From Octopus vulgaris (lineage: Eukaryota), in the NCBI GenBank assembly GCA_951406725.2, contig OX597820.1:34410001-34474000 (forward strand): a stretch of DNA of 64,000 bases, read 5' to 3'. Every line of letters begins with the position of its first letter. Positions within the stretch are counted from its first letter, which is position 1. Shown here one piece after another: positions 14,966-27,871 of the stretch. A program made the translations under genes and the position numbers. The notes under the pieces are model-generated. The model made no database searches. It was not told where the DNA came from and worked only from the letters and a program-made list of their open reading frames with translations.

Positions 14966-15739
14966 TGTAGTAATAGCAGCAGTGGTGGTGGTGGTAGTAG
15001 TAGTAGTATTATTAGTATTTCGTCCCACTTACCCTGTAAATGGTATTGGCTGATATTCTTTCATTCCTGTCCTGTCCTATAGTTTAGATCACTTGTTAAT
15101 CTCTTGTAATTCTATCGTGTTTAAATCAGTCTTTAACCTTCTATCGCTGTCACCACACACACACACACACACGTTCTTAATATGTAAAAAAACGATTGAA
15201 GCTTTAGAATGCTCAGAAAGCGGCAGCAAAGGAAGGAGAGAGGGAGGGATGATTGGGAATCAGGGTTGAAGGTCAACGCTTTACCTTTGCAAGTTCAATG
15301 CTGCATGGCTTACAGTTGGCATTCTGCCAGGATCATCATAGACTCTCATATTTCTTAGGTTCACAGAATACTATCACATATTTTATATATACATATGTAT
15401 GTGTGGGTGTGTGATTGATTCAAGCAATTGGGCCTTCCATCTCGTAAATTTGGTTATAGTGTTGAGTTGAAAGAAATCCTAGTATTAATATGCAAATAAG
15501 CCTGCATGTTTACTTTCCTTCTAAATTCATGGGTTACTCTCTGATCCTTTCCATTTTATTTAATTAATTATTATTTATTTATTTATTTATTTCTCATCAT
15601 AATTATATGTTGTGCTTTCATACCTGTTTGTCTGTACTTGCATGGATCAGATGAGATTCATTGAGACAGAATGGCTATGGCTGGTTTCTCAGCCTGTCAC
15701 CAACCCTCACTTGGTCCAGACATGTTTTCACAGATGACT

Positions 15740-16845
15740 ACAGTTGTCCATGGTTATTTTCTTTCTCTTGATTTCCAAAGAGATATTCACATCAACAGGA
15801 CAGCTACTCTCTATGATGGTACATATTTTTTTCTTATCTCTCCCAAACAGCCGCCTGTTATGTTTACACTTGACATGCTTTGATGGGAATGTTCCACCAG
15901 TATTCCTTGTGCTGGTATTTGTGTACAGGGAGATTCTCTCTATTTTTTCCAGGGTTTTTTTCTGAACGGCATTGTTATCTATTTTTCCAAAGATGGAGCT
16001 TTGTATCTTTCTTAGAAACCAGTTCTTTCTTCATAAGAAGAATTTAAATGATTAGATATAAGGAAGTAGTACTTTGACAACATTTTTGGGCGCAGGAGTG
16101 GCTGTGTGGCAGGTTGCTTGCTTACCAACCACATGGTGTAGGAAGTGTCTTCTACTATAGCCTCGGGCCGACCAAAGCCTTGTGAGTGGATTTGGTAGAT
16201 GGAAACTGAAAGAAGCCCGTCGTATATATGTATATATGTGCATGTGTGTGTCTGTTTGTCCCCCCCACCATTGCTTGACAGTCGAAGCTGGTATGTTTAC
16301 GTCCCCGTAACTTAGCGGTTTGGCAAAAGAGACCGATAGAATAAATACTAGGCTTACAAAGAATAAGTCCTGGGGTCGATTTGCTCGACTGAAGGCAATG
16401 CTCCAGCATGGCCACAGTCAAATGACTGAAACAAGTAAAAGAATAAAAGAATACTAATCACATGTGATGTCTTCCACAGAAATATGACATAATCTACATT
16501 TGAAGTTGCATCTTGGAAGTCCAATGGCTCCACTCTCTCTTTTCTTGATTAGATATTTAGCTACAATCTCCTGTTCATAGCCTTCGAAGTGTGATGTGAT
16601 GTAACAGTCATTAGTCCGAGAGAGGCTTTGCTTCATGTCAATATTACTATCTTCAAGTCTACACAAATCCTTCCCATGCATGATCTTTTTTTTTGGTATG
16701 CTGAACATTTCACTTGCAGATCTTCTTTGAGGTATGCTTGTCTGGCTGATTTGGGGTTGTATGAGCGAGACCATCAAAAAGGGAATACTTCCTGAGAAGC
16801 TCACTTCTAGCATGTATGATATTTTCTTCACTTACCAGCACAAAA
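15740..16845 (-). mobile_element. Degraded RLE-type non-LTR retrotransposon (R4/Dong-like), interrupted by a SINE at 16089-16453
   Basis: 16455-16830 gives K.MHG...TSHFEGY(..)EQEI..KYL..KR...CNFKCRLC...EDI (CCHC knuckle region). 15745-15900 gives WNIPIK...KHNR...K.CTIIE.SCPVDVNI...EKENN.GQL (restriction-like endonuclease), with frameshifts. Confidence 0.65.
16089..16453 (+). mobile_element. tRNA-derived SINE family A (representative copy)
   Basis: Head ggcgcaggagtggctgtgtgg(A box)...; B box ggttcagtccc seen in sister copies; internal (TA)(TG) tract; tail ccagcatggccacagtcaaatgactgaaacaagtaaaaga. Other copies near 4653-5052(-), 6722-7103, 16860-17258, 25915-26255(-), 27290-27673(-), 27878-28260, 33583-33955, 43953-44387(-) and 44780-45152(-). 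Confidence 0.85.
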
Positions 16846-19221
16846 TTAATGCTTTTTTAGGAATGGCTGTGTGGTAAGTAGCTTACTAACCAACCACATG
16901 GTTCCGGGTTCAGTCCCACTGCGTGGCATCTTGGGCAAGTGTCTTCTGCTATAGTCCCGGGCCGACCAATGCCTTGTGAGTGGATTTGGTAGACAGAAAC
17001 TGAAAGAAGCCTGTCGTATATATGTATATATATATATATATATACGTGTATATGTGTGTGTGTTTGTGTTTGTCCCCCTAGCATTGCTTGACAACCGATG
17101 CCGGTGTGTTTATGTTCCCGTCACTTAGTGGTTCGGCAAAAGAGACCGATAGAATAAGTACTGGGCTTACAAAGAATAAGTCCCGGGGTCGATTTGCTCG
17201 ACTAAAGGCGGTGCTCCAGCATGGCCGCAGTCAAATGACTGAAACAAGTAAAAGAGTAGCTATGAGATTTTAATTCTTAAAACGATATTGTAGGGTTGGT
17301 GTGAGAGACCAGATCTGGGCAGTTTGAACATAAAACAGGCAGAGTACTTTTGGCCGGATATGGCCAGTTTAAATGCTAAAGGGTTAATACTACATATTTA
17401 CACCTGTTTCTTTCCAAAAATGAGAGAGTACCATGCTTCATAGAATTTGCCATTATTCCAATTTATAAGTTTCTATGTCAGAAGAACATGAAATTGGTTG
17501 GCTGGCTGGTTGGGTGGTTGGTTGGGTGGAGGGTGTTTCAGAGTTGAAATCTGATTAGCAAAGTGTTAGTGACTATAAGAAGAAAGAATAGAAAAGGAAA
17601 TAAAGAAAGTGAAAGTAAAGGCTGATACTGTTTGACAATTATTGTTGAATTTTCTAATTAGTGGTTTGTGTGCGTGCATTTTCAGCATTTCAATATATTT
17701 ATGTGTGTGTGTGTGTGTGTGTGTGATCTCGCTTTCATTTGTTATGTCTTTCTCTTATACAGCACTGTTATTACATCTCTCTCTCTCTCTCTCTCTCTCT
17801 AGTCTCCCCTCTCTCACTAGTTTCCTCACTCTCTCTCTCTAGAATCCTCTCTCTTTCTCTAGTCTTCTGTCTTTCTTTCTCTAGTCTCTTCTCTTTCTCT
17901 AATCTCCCATCTCTCTCTAGTCTCTTCTCATTTTATCTCTAATCTCCCCTCTCTCTCTAGTCTCTTCTCTTGCTTTGTCTCTAATCTCTCCTCTCTCTCA
18001 CTAGCCTCCTCTCTCCCTCTAGTCTCCTCTCTCTCTCTCCATGTTATATTTTAAAAGAGAGAGAGACAGAGTGCTGAGGAGAAAGCTAGAGGGAAAAAAC
18101 TAGAGAACACAAGCAATCTTACATATAATCTCTCATTTACATATATACTCTCTCTCTCTCTCATGCATACACACACACTCTCACTCTCTCACATACACAC
18201 ACACACACTCTCACTCTCTCACATACACACACACACTTGCATGCACACACACACACACACAGAATATCTCTCCCTCCCACACACCTCACCCTTAGGCATC
18301 AAAAAGGGGGAAATGTTCATCAGGGATGGCAGTGGAAGGCTAAAATAGGGACTAAAGCAGTGGATCTGGTCAGAGGAGATGTAGTAGGAGAGGGAGAGGG
18401 GACCTGTGCACAGGTTTGGATACAGTCATTAGGGCTCAGTTGCATTGGGTTTAGGCTGAGTGGTCATAGTCTTGCTTTCGCCTATGGGAGGGGGTCAGGG
18501 GTTAAAGCACTACTGGAAAAGCCACTGCTCCCTCCCCCCCCCATTCATATTGCTTTCCTTCACTAAACATTGCTGCCCCCACCCTCTTCTCTCACACACA
18601 CACACACACACACACACGCACATCCTTTCAGTCTACTGCTACCACAACCACCGCCTCTCCATCTCAAATCTACCTACAACATCACCAACACCCACTGCAG
18701 CCAACACTCCACCATCACCACCCTAATCCCCCATTCCACCCCGCTACAACCACCTCTACACTGCTGTTATCACCCCCCATCCCCGCCCTAACTCCCCTGC
18801 TACAACCACTTTTACACCGCTGCCATCACCACCTTCAGCACCATGATCCCCACCATCACCCCTAACACCCCCCCGCCCTGCACCACTGTCTCTACACTCC
18901 TGCCATCACCACCTTCATCCCTGTCATCACTAACCCTAGCACCCTGCTGAAACCACCCCTCCACCACCCCCACCACTACCTCGTATCCTTGCCTCAACTC
19001 AACTTGGCTCTTTCCCCAGTCTGAAATGGGTTAATAACGATATATTAATTTGATTTACCTTATCATTCCTCCCCCACCCCACTCCACTCCCACACAACCC
19101 CCCCCCCCCCAACATTACGCTGCCACCACCGCCACACACCCACAGTTTTTCCTCCTCCATCTGAAGGAATCCTTCCTGGATAATTTGTATAATGATAACT
19201 TAATAATTCTCATCATATCCT

Positions 19222-19339
<118 letters not shown>

Positions 19340-21375
19340 GGATTGTGTGTGTGGAGGTATCTTTGTATATTTCTGCATGTATTTATGTGTTTGCATATAT
19401 GTGGGTCTCTTCTTTGTGTGTGTGTGTGTGCGTGCATGTGTGTAAGTATGCTTTTGTGTTTTATGTTTATGACGATGTATATTTATTCTTCTATGTATTT
19501 ATGTATAATGGGTATATATATTTTTCTGTACGTGTAACATATATATTTATACACACACACACACACACATATATATATGCATACACACACACACACACAT
19601 GTATATATATATATGCATACACACACACACACACATATATATGTATATTGTGTGTTTAACATTGTATGGCTTTGTATGGTACATTATATATACATACATT
19701 TGTGTGTGTATAGAACAACTATAATAAGTTTTATTTTTGGATGTTTTTTTATATCTGGCCCACAGTAGGTTGGTGGAGAGGGTAGGTGGTCATTTTGATT
19801 ATACTGGTGATGGGGAGGATGAGAGAGGGTGGACAGTTATGGAAGTTACTTATAAGAATGATGAAGGAGATCTTCATTTTTGTATATATAGTTGTATGTA
19901 TAGTTGTGCGCACACATATATGTGTGTGTGTATGTTTATGTACTGATAATTATTTCTAATCAATATTTATTGATATGTTTGTATATGTGTTCATGTGTGT
20001 GTGCATCTTTGTTTAAAAATCTCGGTCAGTACATATATATATACTAAAATGTGTGTGTGTGTTCAGATGTGTGCTTATGTGTATATTTGTGTGTGTATAT
20101 ATGCTGAGCTGAGACCCCGCTTCGGTCATGACTGACCATAGGATTGCATCTAGAAAGTTACCCTCCCAGGCACAAGTCCAGGCAAGGTTGTTTATGGAAG
20201 ACCAGCAGTTGCCCATGCATACCGGCCTCCCCTCTCCATGCCACCAGTGTTATCCAAGGGAAAGGCAAAGGTCGATACAGCTTGGCACCAGTGCCATCGC
20301 AACTGTTATGTAGAGCTGAGTGAACTGGAGCAATGTGGAATAAAATGTCTTGCTCATGGACACAACACGCAGCCCGGTCCGGAATTTGAACTCACAACCT
20401 CACGATTGTAGGCTCGACACTCTAACCACTGAGCCATGTGTGTGTGTATATATATATATACACACGTTGGTCCAGTTCACTCAGCTGGGGTATTCCTGTG
20501 ACAGACCAGTGTCCCGTTCAGTGGGGACTATATATACTAGAAAATCCAGGAAACCAGTCCTATGAGACTATATGACTCTTGAAGGAGTTTTATCCTAATG
20601 ATCATTCACTGAGTATACCTGGACACATGATGAAAATTATTGCAGACTGCTGGTGTAAGTCATGTCAAGGCACTATAAAGTTGCTACAGTGATATAAAGG
20701 AAGCAACTTGGTCAAAACTGACTTCAAGTAATTAGAGTAACTCCTGCTAACTTCTCTTTTAAGCATCTTTATGGTATATACTATATATAACTATATGTTG
20801 ATGCACATGGCCTTGTGGTTAGAGCAGTGGACTCGCGGTTGAAGGATCACGGGTTCAAATCTCAGACCAGGTGATCTGTGTGTTTATGAGTGAAACACCT
20901 AAGCTCCATGCGGCTCCAGCACAAGGTAATGGCGAACTTCTGTTGACTCTTTCACCACAACTTTCTCCCACTCTTTCCTCTTGCATCTTGTAGCTTATCT
21001 GCATCCCATCCAGGTGGGGAATCTATACGCCAAGGAAACCGGGAAACCGGCCCTTATGAGCTAGGCATGGCTTGAGAAGGAACAAACATATATATAACTA
21101 TATACATGCACACAGATGCAAGTCTCCAAGGAATTAACTTTTTTGATTTTCCCTGACATTATTTTCCTTGTTAGATGGTTGAAATGCTTGTCTTTGACAG
21201 CAACTAAAAATCACCTGAAACTCCTTGTTATAGAACATCATAGTCTGCTTCAGGATGTTGATGTGTTAAAGTTCCCTTAACTTAGCAGTTTGACAAAAGA
21301 GACAGATTGAATAAGTACTAGGATTACAAAGAATAAGACCTGGAGTCGATTTCTTCGACTAAAAACATCATTTAA

Positions 21376-21596
21376 CCCTTTAGTGTTTAAACCGGCCAAA
21401 TCCGGCCCAATATATTCTACATGTTTTATATTCAAACTGGCGATATCTAGCCTCTCACTCCTAACCTACATTGACATTCTAAAAATAAACAATCACATCA
21501 TTGAAACCTCAAAGCTATAAAATAATGCATGATTAATTCAAAACAATTTGAGTGAAAAGGTATTACATTTAACAGAGTAATCTGAACACTAAAGGG
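21376..21596. mobile_element. piggyBac-type MITE (second family) nested in a SINE A tail
   Basis: TTAA-CCCTTTAGTGTT...AACACTAAAGGG-TTAA, with SINE A sequence resuming on both sides. Related copies at about 1821-2043 and 17270-17385. Confidence 0.8.
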
Positions 21597-22264
21597 TTAA
21601 GGTGGTGTTCCAGCATGGCCACAGTCAAATGACTGAAACTAGTAAAAGAATATATCAACACACAAAGACTGTGAATAGATATAGTGGAAGACACTTGGCC
21701 TAAGGGCCATGAAGTAGGATTGAACCTGAAACCTTGCAAACTTCTTAACCACACAGTTACGCTGTGTGTGTGTACTCTTATCTTGACATCATGTGATAGT
21801 TGTAAAGGGTGATCACCAACATGCAAGCAATATTGTTTGTTTCTAGAGTTTTGTTAAAAAACATGCCTCACATGATCACGTGACTGACCAGGCTATCACA
21901 TGTTGCACATCACTGGTCACAATGCACTTTTGCATTGTTTTAGCCTTCAAATAATGCCACCCTGCTGGCTAGGTAGCAGGCCAACATTTCCTCTGATCAA
22001 AGGGGGGCTGGATCAATGTGAAATGAAGTTTTTTCTCAAGAACACAATGCACCACCCAGTCAGGGAATTGAACCCACGATCTAGCAATTGTGATTGCAAC
22101 AGCCTAAACACTAGGCCATGTGCCTTCACAAATAAAAGGACATGTCTAGAAAATCATTTGCCTCAATGAGTTGTATCTGATCCAGTCAAGCATGAGAAAG
22201 TGAATATTAAAATGATAATACACACACACACACAAACATATATATGTATGTATGTATGTATGTA

Positions 22265-23175
22265 ATGTATAAAAATATAAAATGGGACAAGAAAGCAAAA
22301 CATCCAGACAGGTGATACAAAAGAGGAACAACAAAACATCCAGATAGACGATACAAAGGAAACAAGGACAGGTCATTCGGAGTTTTCTATCCTCAGTCAA
22401 GTTCCAGATTATCTTTGCAATTTCAGCTGGTTATACTCGAGATTGCTCCAATTTGGCCAGCCTCAAGGAAAAACTAAGCTAAGGGCATTAGGTTCCTTGG
22501 AAGAAAGCAGCGAATGTATACGAAAACAAGGACGGAAAAAAAACGGAGAAGGTTACACAAATACAAATAACAGGACATAACAACAGGTGTCTTTCGACTA
22601 AGGACGAATTAATTTAAGCTAGCCTGTGTGGAAGTAAAGCCTTACGGCAGGGATACAAGATTTCACAGGCACAGGGAAGAATATAGATGCTGCACAGACA
22701 GCGGCTGAACCAAGAAAGAAAGGGCAGGCTTGGCCAAACACCAGTCATGTGGGGAGAGAAGAGAGAGAGGTAGAGGCAGAGGGACAGAAGGAATAAGGAA
22801 GGGCGAGAAAAAATGACAGGGACACATTGAAGTGAAAGAGGAGGGAAAGTGAGCATGAAAAGAAGGCAATGAAGTGTGAGAGAGGGGGGACAAAAGAACG
22901 AAGAGTGGAATGAACAAAGTAAGCATGAAAGGGCTGATAGAAAGAAGGAAAGAATAAACGAAGAGAGTCATACAAGATTTAGGTAAAAATATACTAACAT
23001 ATAAGAGACCAAAGTGTATGTACAGTTCCTTTGGTTTGTGTCTATGTTTTCGTTTCTCATTGTGTTCGACGTCCCTTTGGTGTCCTGTACTCATATATGC
23101 GTGTATATGTACATGTAGAGGTAGGTACGTACATATATGTATATATATATATATGCATATGTTTTATTTCATTTA
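22265..23175. mobile_element. Non-coding interspersed element(s), possibly Penelope-like terminal regions in inverted arrangement
   Basis: 22265-22325 matches the reverse complement of about 24475-24530, and 23040-23170 matches about 35565-35700 directly. Flanked by TA/TATG repeats. The family assignment is inference. Confidence 0.4.
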
Positions 23176-23211
23176 TTAATATATATATATATCATCATCA
23201 TCATCATCATC

Positions 23212-23455
23212 GTTTAGCGTCCGCTTTCCATGCTAGCATGGGTTGGACGGGTCAACTGGGGTCTGTGAAGCTGGAAGGCTTCGTCAGGCCCAGTCAGATC
23301 TGGCAGTGTTTCTACAGCTGGATGCCCTTCCTAACGCCAACCACTCCACGAGTGTAGTGGGTGTTTTTTATGTGCCACCTGCACAGGTGCCAGACAGAGC
23401 TGGCGAACGGCCACGAACGGATGGTGCTTTTACGTGTCACCGGCACGGGGCCAGG

Positions 23456-23458
<3 letters not shown>
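23212..23458 (-). mobile_element. Short retroposon sharing the RTE LINE 3' tail, ending in (ATG)n
   Basis: Minus strand ...ggcgttaggaagggcatccagctgtagaaac...catgctagcatggaaagcggacgctaaacgatgatgatg. Same tail at 965-1050(-), 30222-30306, 31795-31970(-), 35760-35977, 38213-38381(-), 49630-49692 and at the end of the RTE at about 43870. Confidence 0.75.
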
Positions 23459-23488
<30 letters not shown>

Positions 23489-23635
23489 ATAGCTTAAACT
23501 GTGCTCTAAATGGAGATGTAGTCAAATCCTATTTTATGAACTCAACCATGTTCTAAAATAAGTCGAAAGGTAAGCTACTATAAATCGGCCCAAACTTTCC
23601 AGACAACCCAATACATGTATAAAATATTACATATA

Positions 23636-23701
<66 letters not shown>

Positions 23702-24524
23702 TGGGGGCTGTGGTCAGTGGTGTATGTTAGGCTAATTTCTTGATGGCAGTGTAGTGAAGAAAAAATTTAATATAGTTTATAAATGTGTAACAACATGTGA
23801 ATAAGCAAACAAATGAATGTCCAGTTTGTGTGTGTTTTAATGAATGCATACTGAAGAAAATAAACTTGAAGTAAAACGTAATGGGTGTACATTAGACACA
23901 CTACCCTACAATATTCAATATTTCTATTTGTAAAAAAATACAAATAACAATAAATATGGAAAATGGATGCTAAACGATGATGATGATGATGATGAAACTA
24001 TGTATGTAAATGGAAATTAGAATTATGATTGATCAATATTTTGTTCAAATTTCTGCTTTCTGTCTTAAAAGGAGAAAACATATTTACTAAAAGAAAGAAA
24101 AACTAAAATGAAAAAACAATTTTGAATATTTAAAAAAAAAAGATTAAACATTTCAAAAGTTTTCATTTGCAAATCAGTTGGTTTTTTTTTTTCTTCTCTT
24201 TTTTAAAAAATATGGAACTATAGTTTTTGAATAACATTGAGATGTAGACTTGAAGAAGGAGTTAGCATTGGTAGAATCAGTAGACTGATGGCAGGAAGCT
24301 GGCAGAATGGTTAGAGTGTTGGACATAAGGCTGGTTCTTTACAGTCTGAGTTCAAATCCTGTTGAGATCAACTTTGTCTGCTCAGCCTGGGGCGCACAAG
24401 AAACATATGGAGTTCTGTAGGCAGGTAGTTTATTGTAGAGTTTGCCTGCCAGGCACTCCATATGTATATGTATATTATCATCTAACTGTCTGGATGTTTT
24501 GCGTTCTTGTCCCATTTTGTATTT

Positions 24525-24570
<46 letters not shown>

Positions 24571-24644
24571 TATATATATTGTTTTTTTGACACTTTTGTT
24601 TCGACTTATGTTTGTTTTGACTCCTGTTTGTTTTGTTTCTCCAG

Positions 24645-24758
24645 GTCTTAACTCCAGAGGAACTTGAACAAGCAAGGAAGTCCATTGCCTATGGCTGTAT
24701 CAAGTATGCAGATTTATCTAAAAACTGTACCCATGACTACGTTTTCTCTTTTGATCGG
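24645..24758 (+). CDS. RARS1: Arginyl-tRNA synthetase coding exon
   Basis: Acceptor tttctccag| and donor |gtaagt. [38 protein letters not shown], 114 nt, phase 0/0, continues the frame of the previous exon. Confidence 0.96.
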
Positions 24759-25321
24759 GTAAGTGAAATCATCATCATTGCCATCACCACCACCACCACC
24801 ATCCTCCTCTTTTTGACTTCTTCCTCCTCCGCATCATCATTAGTTACCATTGTCATCATCATCATCATCTTCATCAGTCAGTCATTCTTATTAAAAGCAT
24901 TGTCATCATCATCACCATCTTGTCTCCTTTCCCCCTCCTCCTCCTCCTCCTCCTCCTCATCATCATCATCCTCATCCCTCCCTCCCTCCACCCCCTCCTC
25001 CTCCTCCTCCTCATCATCATCATCACCATTATTACACATATAGACACTGTTGTCATATTAGTTGTAATTGAACAGGCCTATGATCAATGGTGTTCCAGAT
25101 GTGACCATCCCATGTATTTTGTTTTCAGGCTATGTATCCAGAACTGTGTTATCCAGTTTCTTCCTTGTTTTCGGGCTGCAACATATGATTTAAGATGTAA
25201 TGGGGGAAGGATAACTGCATCTATTGTTTTACTTGTTTCCAGTCATTGGACTGCAGCCATACTGGAGCACCACCATGACTTATTTTTAAAGTCTGGTACT
25301 TATTTTCTTGGTCCCTTTTAG

Positions 25322-25645
25322 AAGGCACATGGCTCAACTGTTAGAGCATCAGACTCACAAACATGATGTAGTGAGTTCAATTCCTTGACTGGGCTGTGTT
25401 GTCTTCTTGAGCAAGACACTTCATTTCACATTGTCCAGTTCACTCAGCTGTAGAAATGAGTTGCAACATCACTGTGCCAAGCTGTATCAGCCTTGCCTTT
25501 CCCTTTGATAACATTGGTAGCATGGAGAGACGAGGCAGGTGACTGTTGGTCTTCCATAAACAACATTGCCTGGACTTGTGCCTCAGAGGGTAACTTTCTA
25601 GGTGCAATCCCATAGTCATTCATGACCGAAAGGGGACTTTTACAC
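25322..25645 (+). mobile_element. tRNA-derived SINE family C (CORE-like), representative copy
   Basis: tRNA-like head (catggctc...ttagagc...gagttcaattcc), cttgagcaagacactt core and tail catgaccgaaagggg. Other copies at 20110-20440(-), 36440-36707(-) and 55355-55660; related heads at 1088, 5210, 20800 and 47718. Confidence 0.8.
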
Positions 25646-27016
25646 TCTTAGAATAAGTACTGGAGTTGATTTGTTTGAATAAAACCTTTAAGGTTTGCTC
25701 CAGCATGGTTACACAGTCGAATAACTGAAACAAGTATTTAAAAAAAAAATGTGAAATAATAAGTTTGAGAAGCATGGGCTTAGAAAAAAAGGTGTTTTAG
25801 CATATTGGGAAATCCCAGAATTTGTTGCATTGGAAACCAAATCCTTTTCGGTATTTCCTTTCTGTTCCCCCAACATCAGTGTTGGTTCCATGGGTCACCT
25901 GACTGCTGGGGTTTATCTTTTATTTGTTTCAGCCAATTAGACAGTGGCCATGCCCATGCTGGGGCACTGCCTTGAAGGGTTTTAGTTGAACAGAACTCTT
26001 TTTTTTTGTAAGCCTGGTGCTTATTCTATCGGTCTCTTTTGCCAAACTGCTAAGTTATGAAGATGTAAACACACCATCACTGGTTGTCAAGCGGTGGGTG
26101 GGGGGACAAGCACAGACACAAAGACACACATACTTGGACTTCTTTCAGTTTCTGTCTACCAAATCCACTCACAAGGCTTTGGTTGGCCCAAGTCTATTGT
26201 AGAAGACACTTTCCCAAGGTGCCACACAGTGGGACTGAACCTGGAACCATGTGGTTCTAGGTATAGAACAGTCTATCCAAGAGGCTTCTACATGGTTTAC
26301 ATTTATCAAATTTTATTCAAGTCTTTGGCCAATCCCTGTGGAAAAGAACACAAAGAGCATTTCTCCAAGGTACCACGTACCCAATGTAAGATTTGAACCC
26401 AAAGCCATATTGATGTAAATCAAACTTCTTAACCACATAGCCATGTAGTTAAGAAAACAATGATGGGATGGTCACGGTTGAACCCAGAACCATGTGGTTT
26501 GGGAAGCAAACTTCTTACCACCACAAACAACCCCAAAGGTGGGATGGTCATTGTTGGAACACTGTTGAACACCCAACATTGTTAACAGTTTCAGTGAGAT
26601 TTATGTTTTAAAGCAACCAGCTTTATTATCATTGTTCCAATTAACTTTTTATGATAATGAAGTCTGAGATCACCACTACAATTTCAACACACGCACACAC
26701 ACTGCTCTGACTACCAGCCATGACCACCACTTACCACTTCCCCTGCCATCTAAGATTTCAAACGTTATTCAGGTTGTTATCCTGTGATTTATTATTTTCT
26801 TTCTTTCTTTCCTTCCTTCCTTCATTGCTTCCTATTTGCTTTCTTTTTCTTTTCTTATTAGTTAATTTTTAAGTAGCTGATTGTCTGTTAATCAGAAAGT
26901 GACCACACATGCACGTGCACACACATATACAGAGTTACACACATGTATACACTCTCATATATATACATTATATACATATACACACATACATACACATATA
27001 TATATATAAATATATA

Positions 27017-27091
<75 letters not shown>

Positions 27092-27116
27092 TTTATATAC
27101 ATGCATATATATGCAT

Positions 27117-27149
<33 letters not shown>

Positions 27150-27493
27150 TACATATTCATGCAGACACACGCACACTTGTTTACATGCATACATATACCA
27201 TTCATTATTTGCAATGGTTTGTAAGTTCAGATTATTTAGCTGTATGTTTTTAGTATATTATATATATATATATATATATATGTATGTTTATTCTATTATT
27301 TTGTTTCAGTCATTTGACTGCAGCCATGCTGGAGCACCGTTTTTGTCGAACAAATTAACCCTAGGACTTATTCTTTGTAAACCTAGTACTTATTCTATCG
27401 AGTCTCTTTTGCTGAACTGCTAAGTTACAGGGACGTAAACACACCAACATCAGTTGTCAAGCAATGGTGGCAGGACAAACACAGGCACACAAG

Positions 27494-27506
<13 letters not shown>

Positions 27507-27527
<21 letters not shown>

Positions 27528-27671
27528 AGATGGACTTCTTTCAGTTTCTGTGTATCAAATCTTCTTACAAGGCTATAATAGAAGACACTTGCCCATGGTG
27601 CTATGCAGTGGGACTGAACCCGAAACCATGTGTTTAGTAAGCAAGCTACTTACCACACAGCCACTCCTGTG

Positions 27672-27705
<34 letters not shown>

Positions 27706-27871
27706 CACAGGAGTGGCTGTGTGGTAAGTAGCTTGCTTACTAAACACATGGTTTCGGGTTCAGTCCCACTGCATAGCACCATGGGCAAGTGTCTTCTATT
27801 ATATTATAGCCTTGTAAGAAGATTTGATACACAGAAACTGAAAGAAGCCCATCTTATGTGTGTGTGTGTGT
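27507..27871. repeat. Long near-perfect inverted repeat centred on (TA)15
   Basis: Arms of about 165 bp of SINE A sequence either side of 27674-27703. They differ by one substitution and a 5-bp insertion. Confidence 0.95.

Noticed and set aside
22415-22470. Second hammerhead candidate on the minus strand (gctgg...ccagc-tgaaa)
   Set aside because: A stem and GAAA are present but there is no CUGANGA box and no convincing stem I.
24633-25043. 136-aa ORF with a Ser-rich tail as an alternative RARS1 C-terminus
   Set aside because: A canonical GTAAGT donor at 24759 and in-frame downstream exons explain it. The tail is intronic (TCA/TCC)n.
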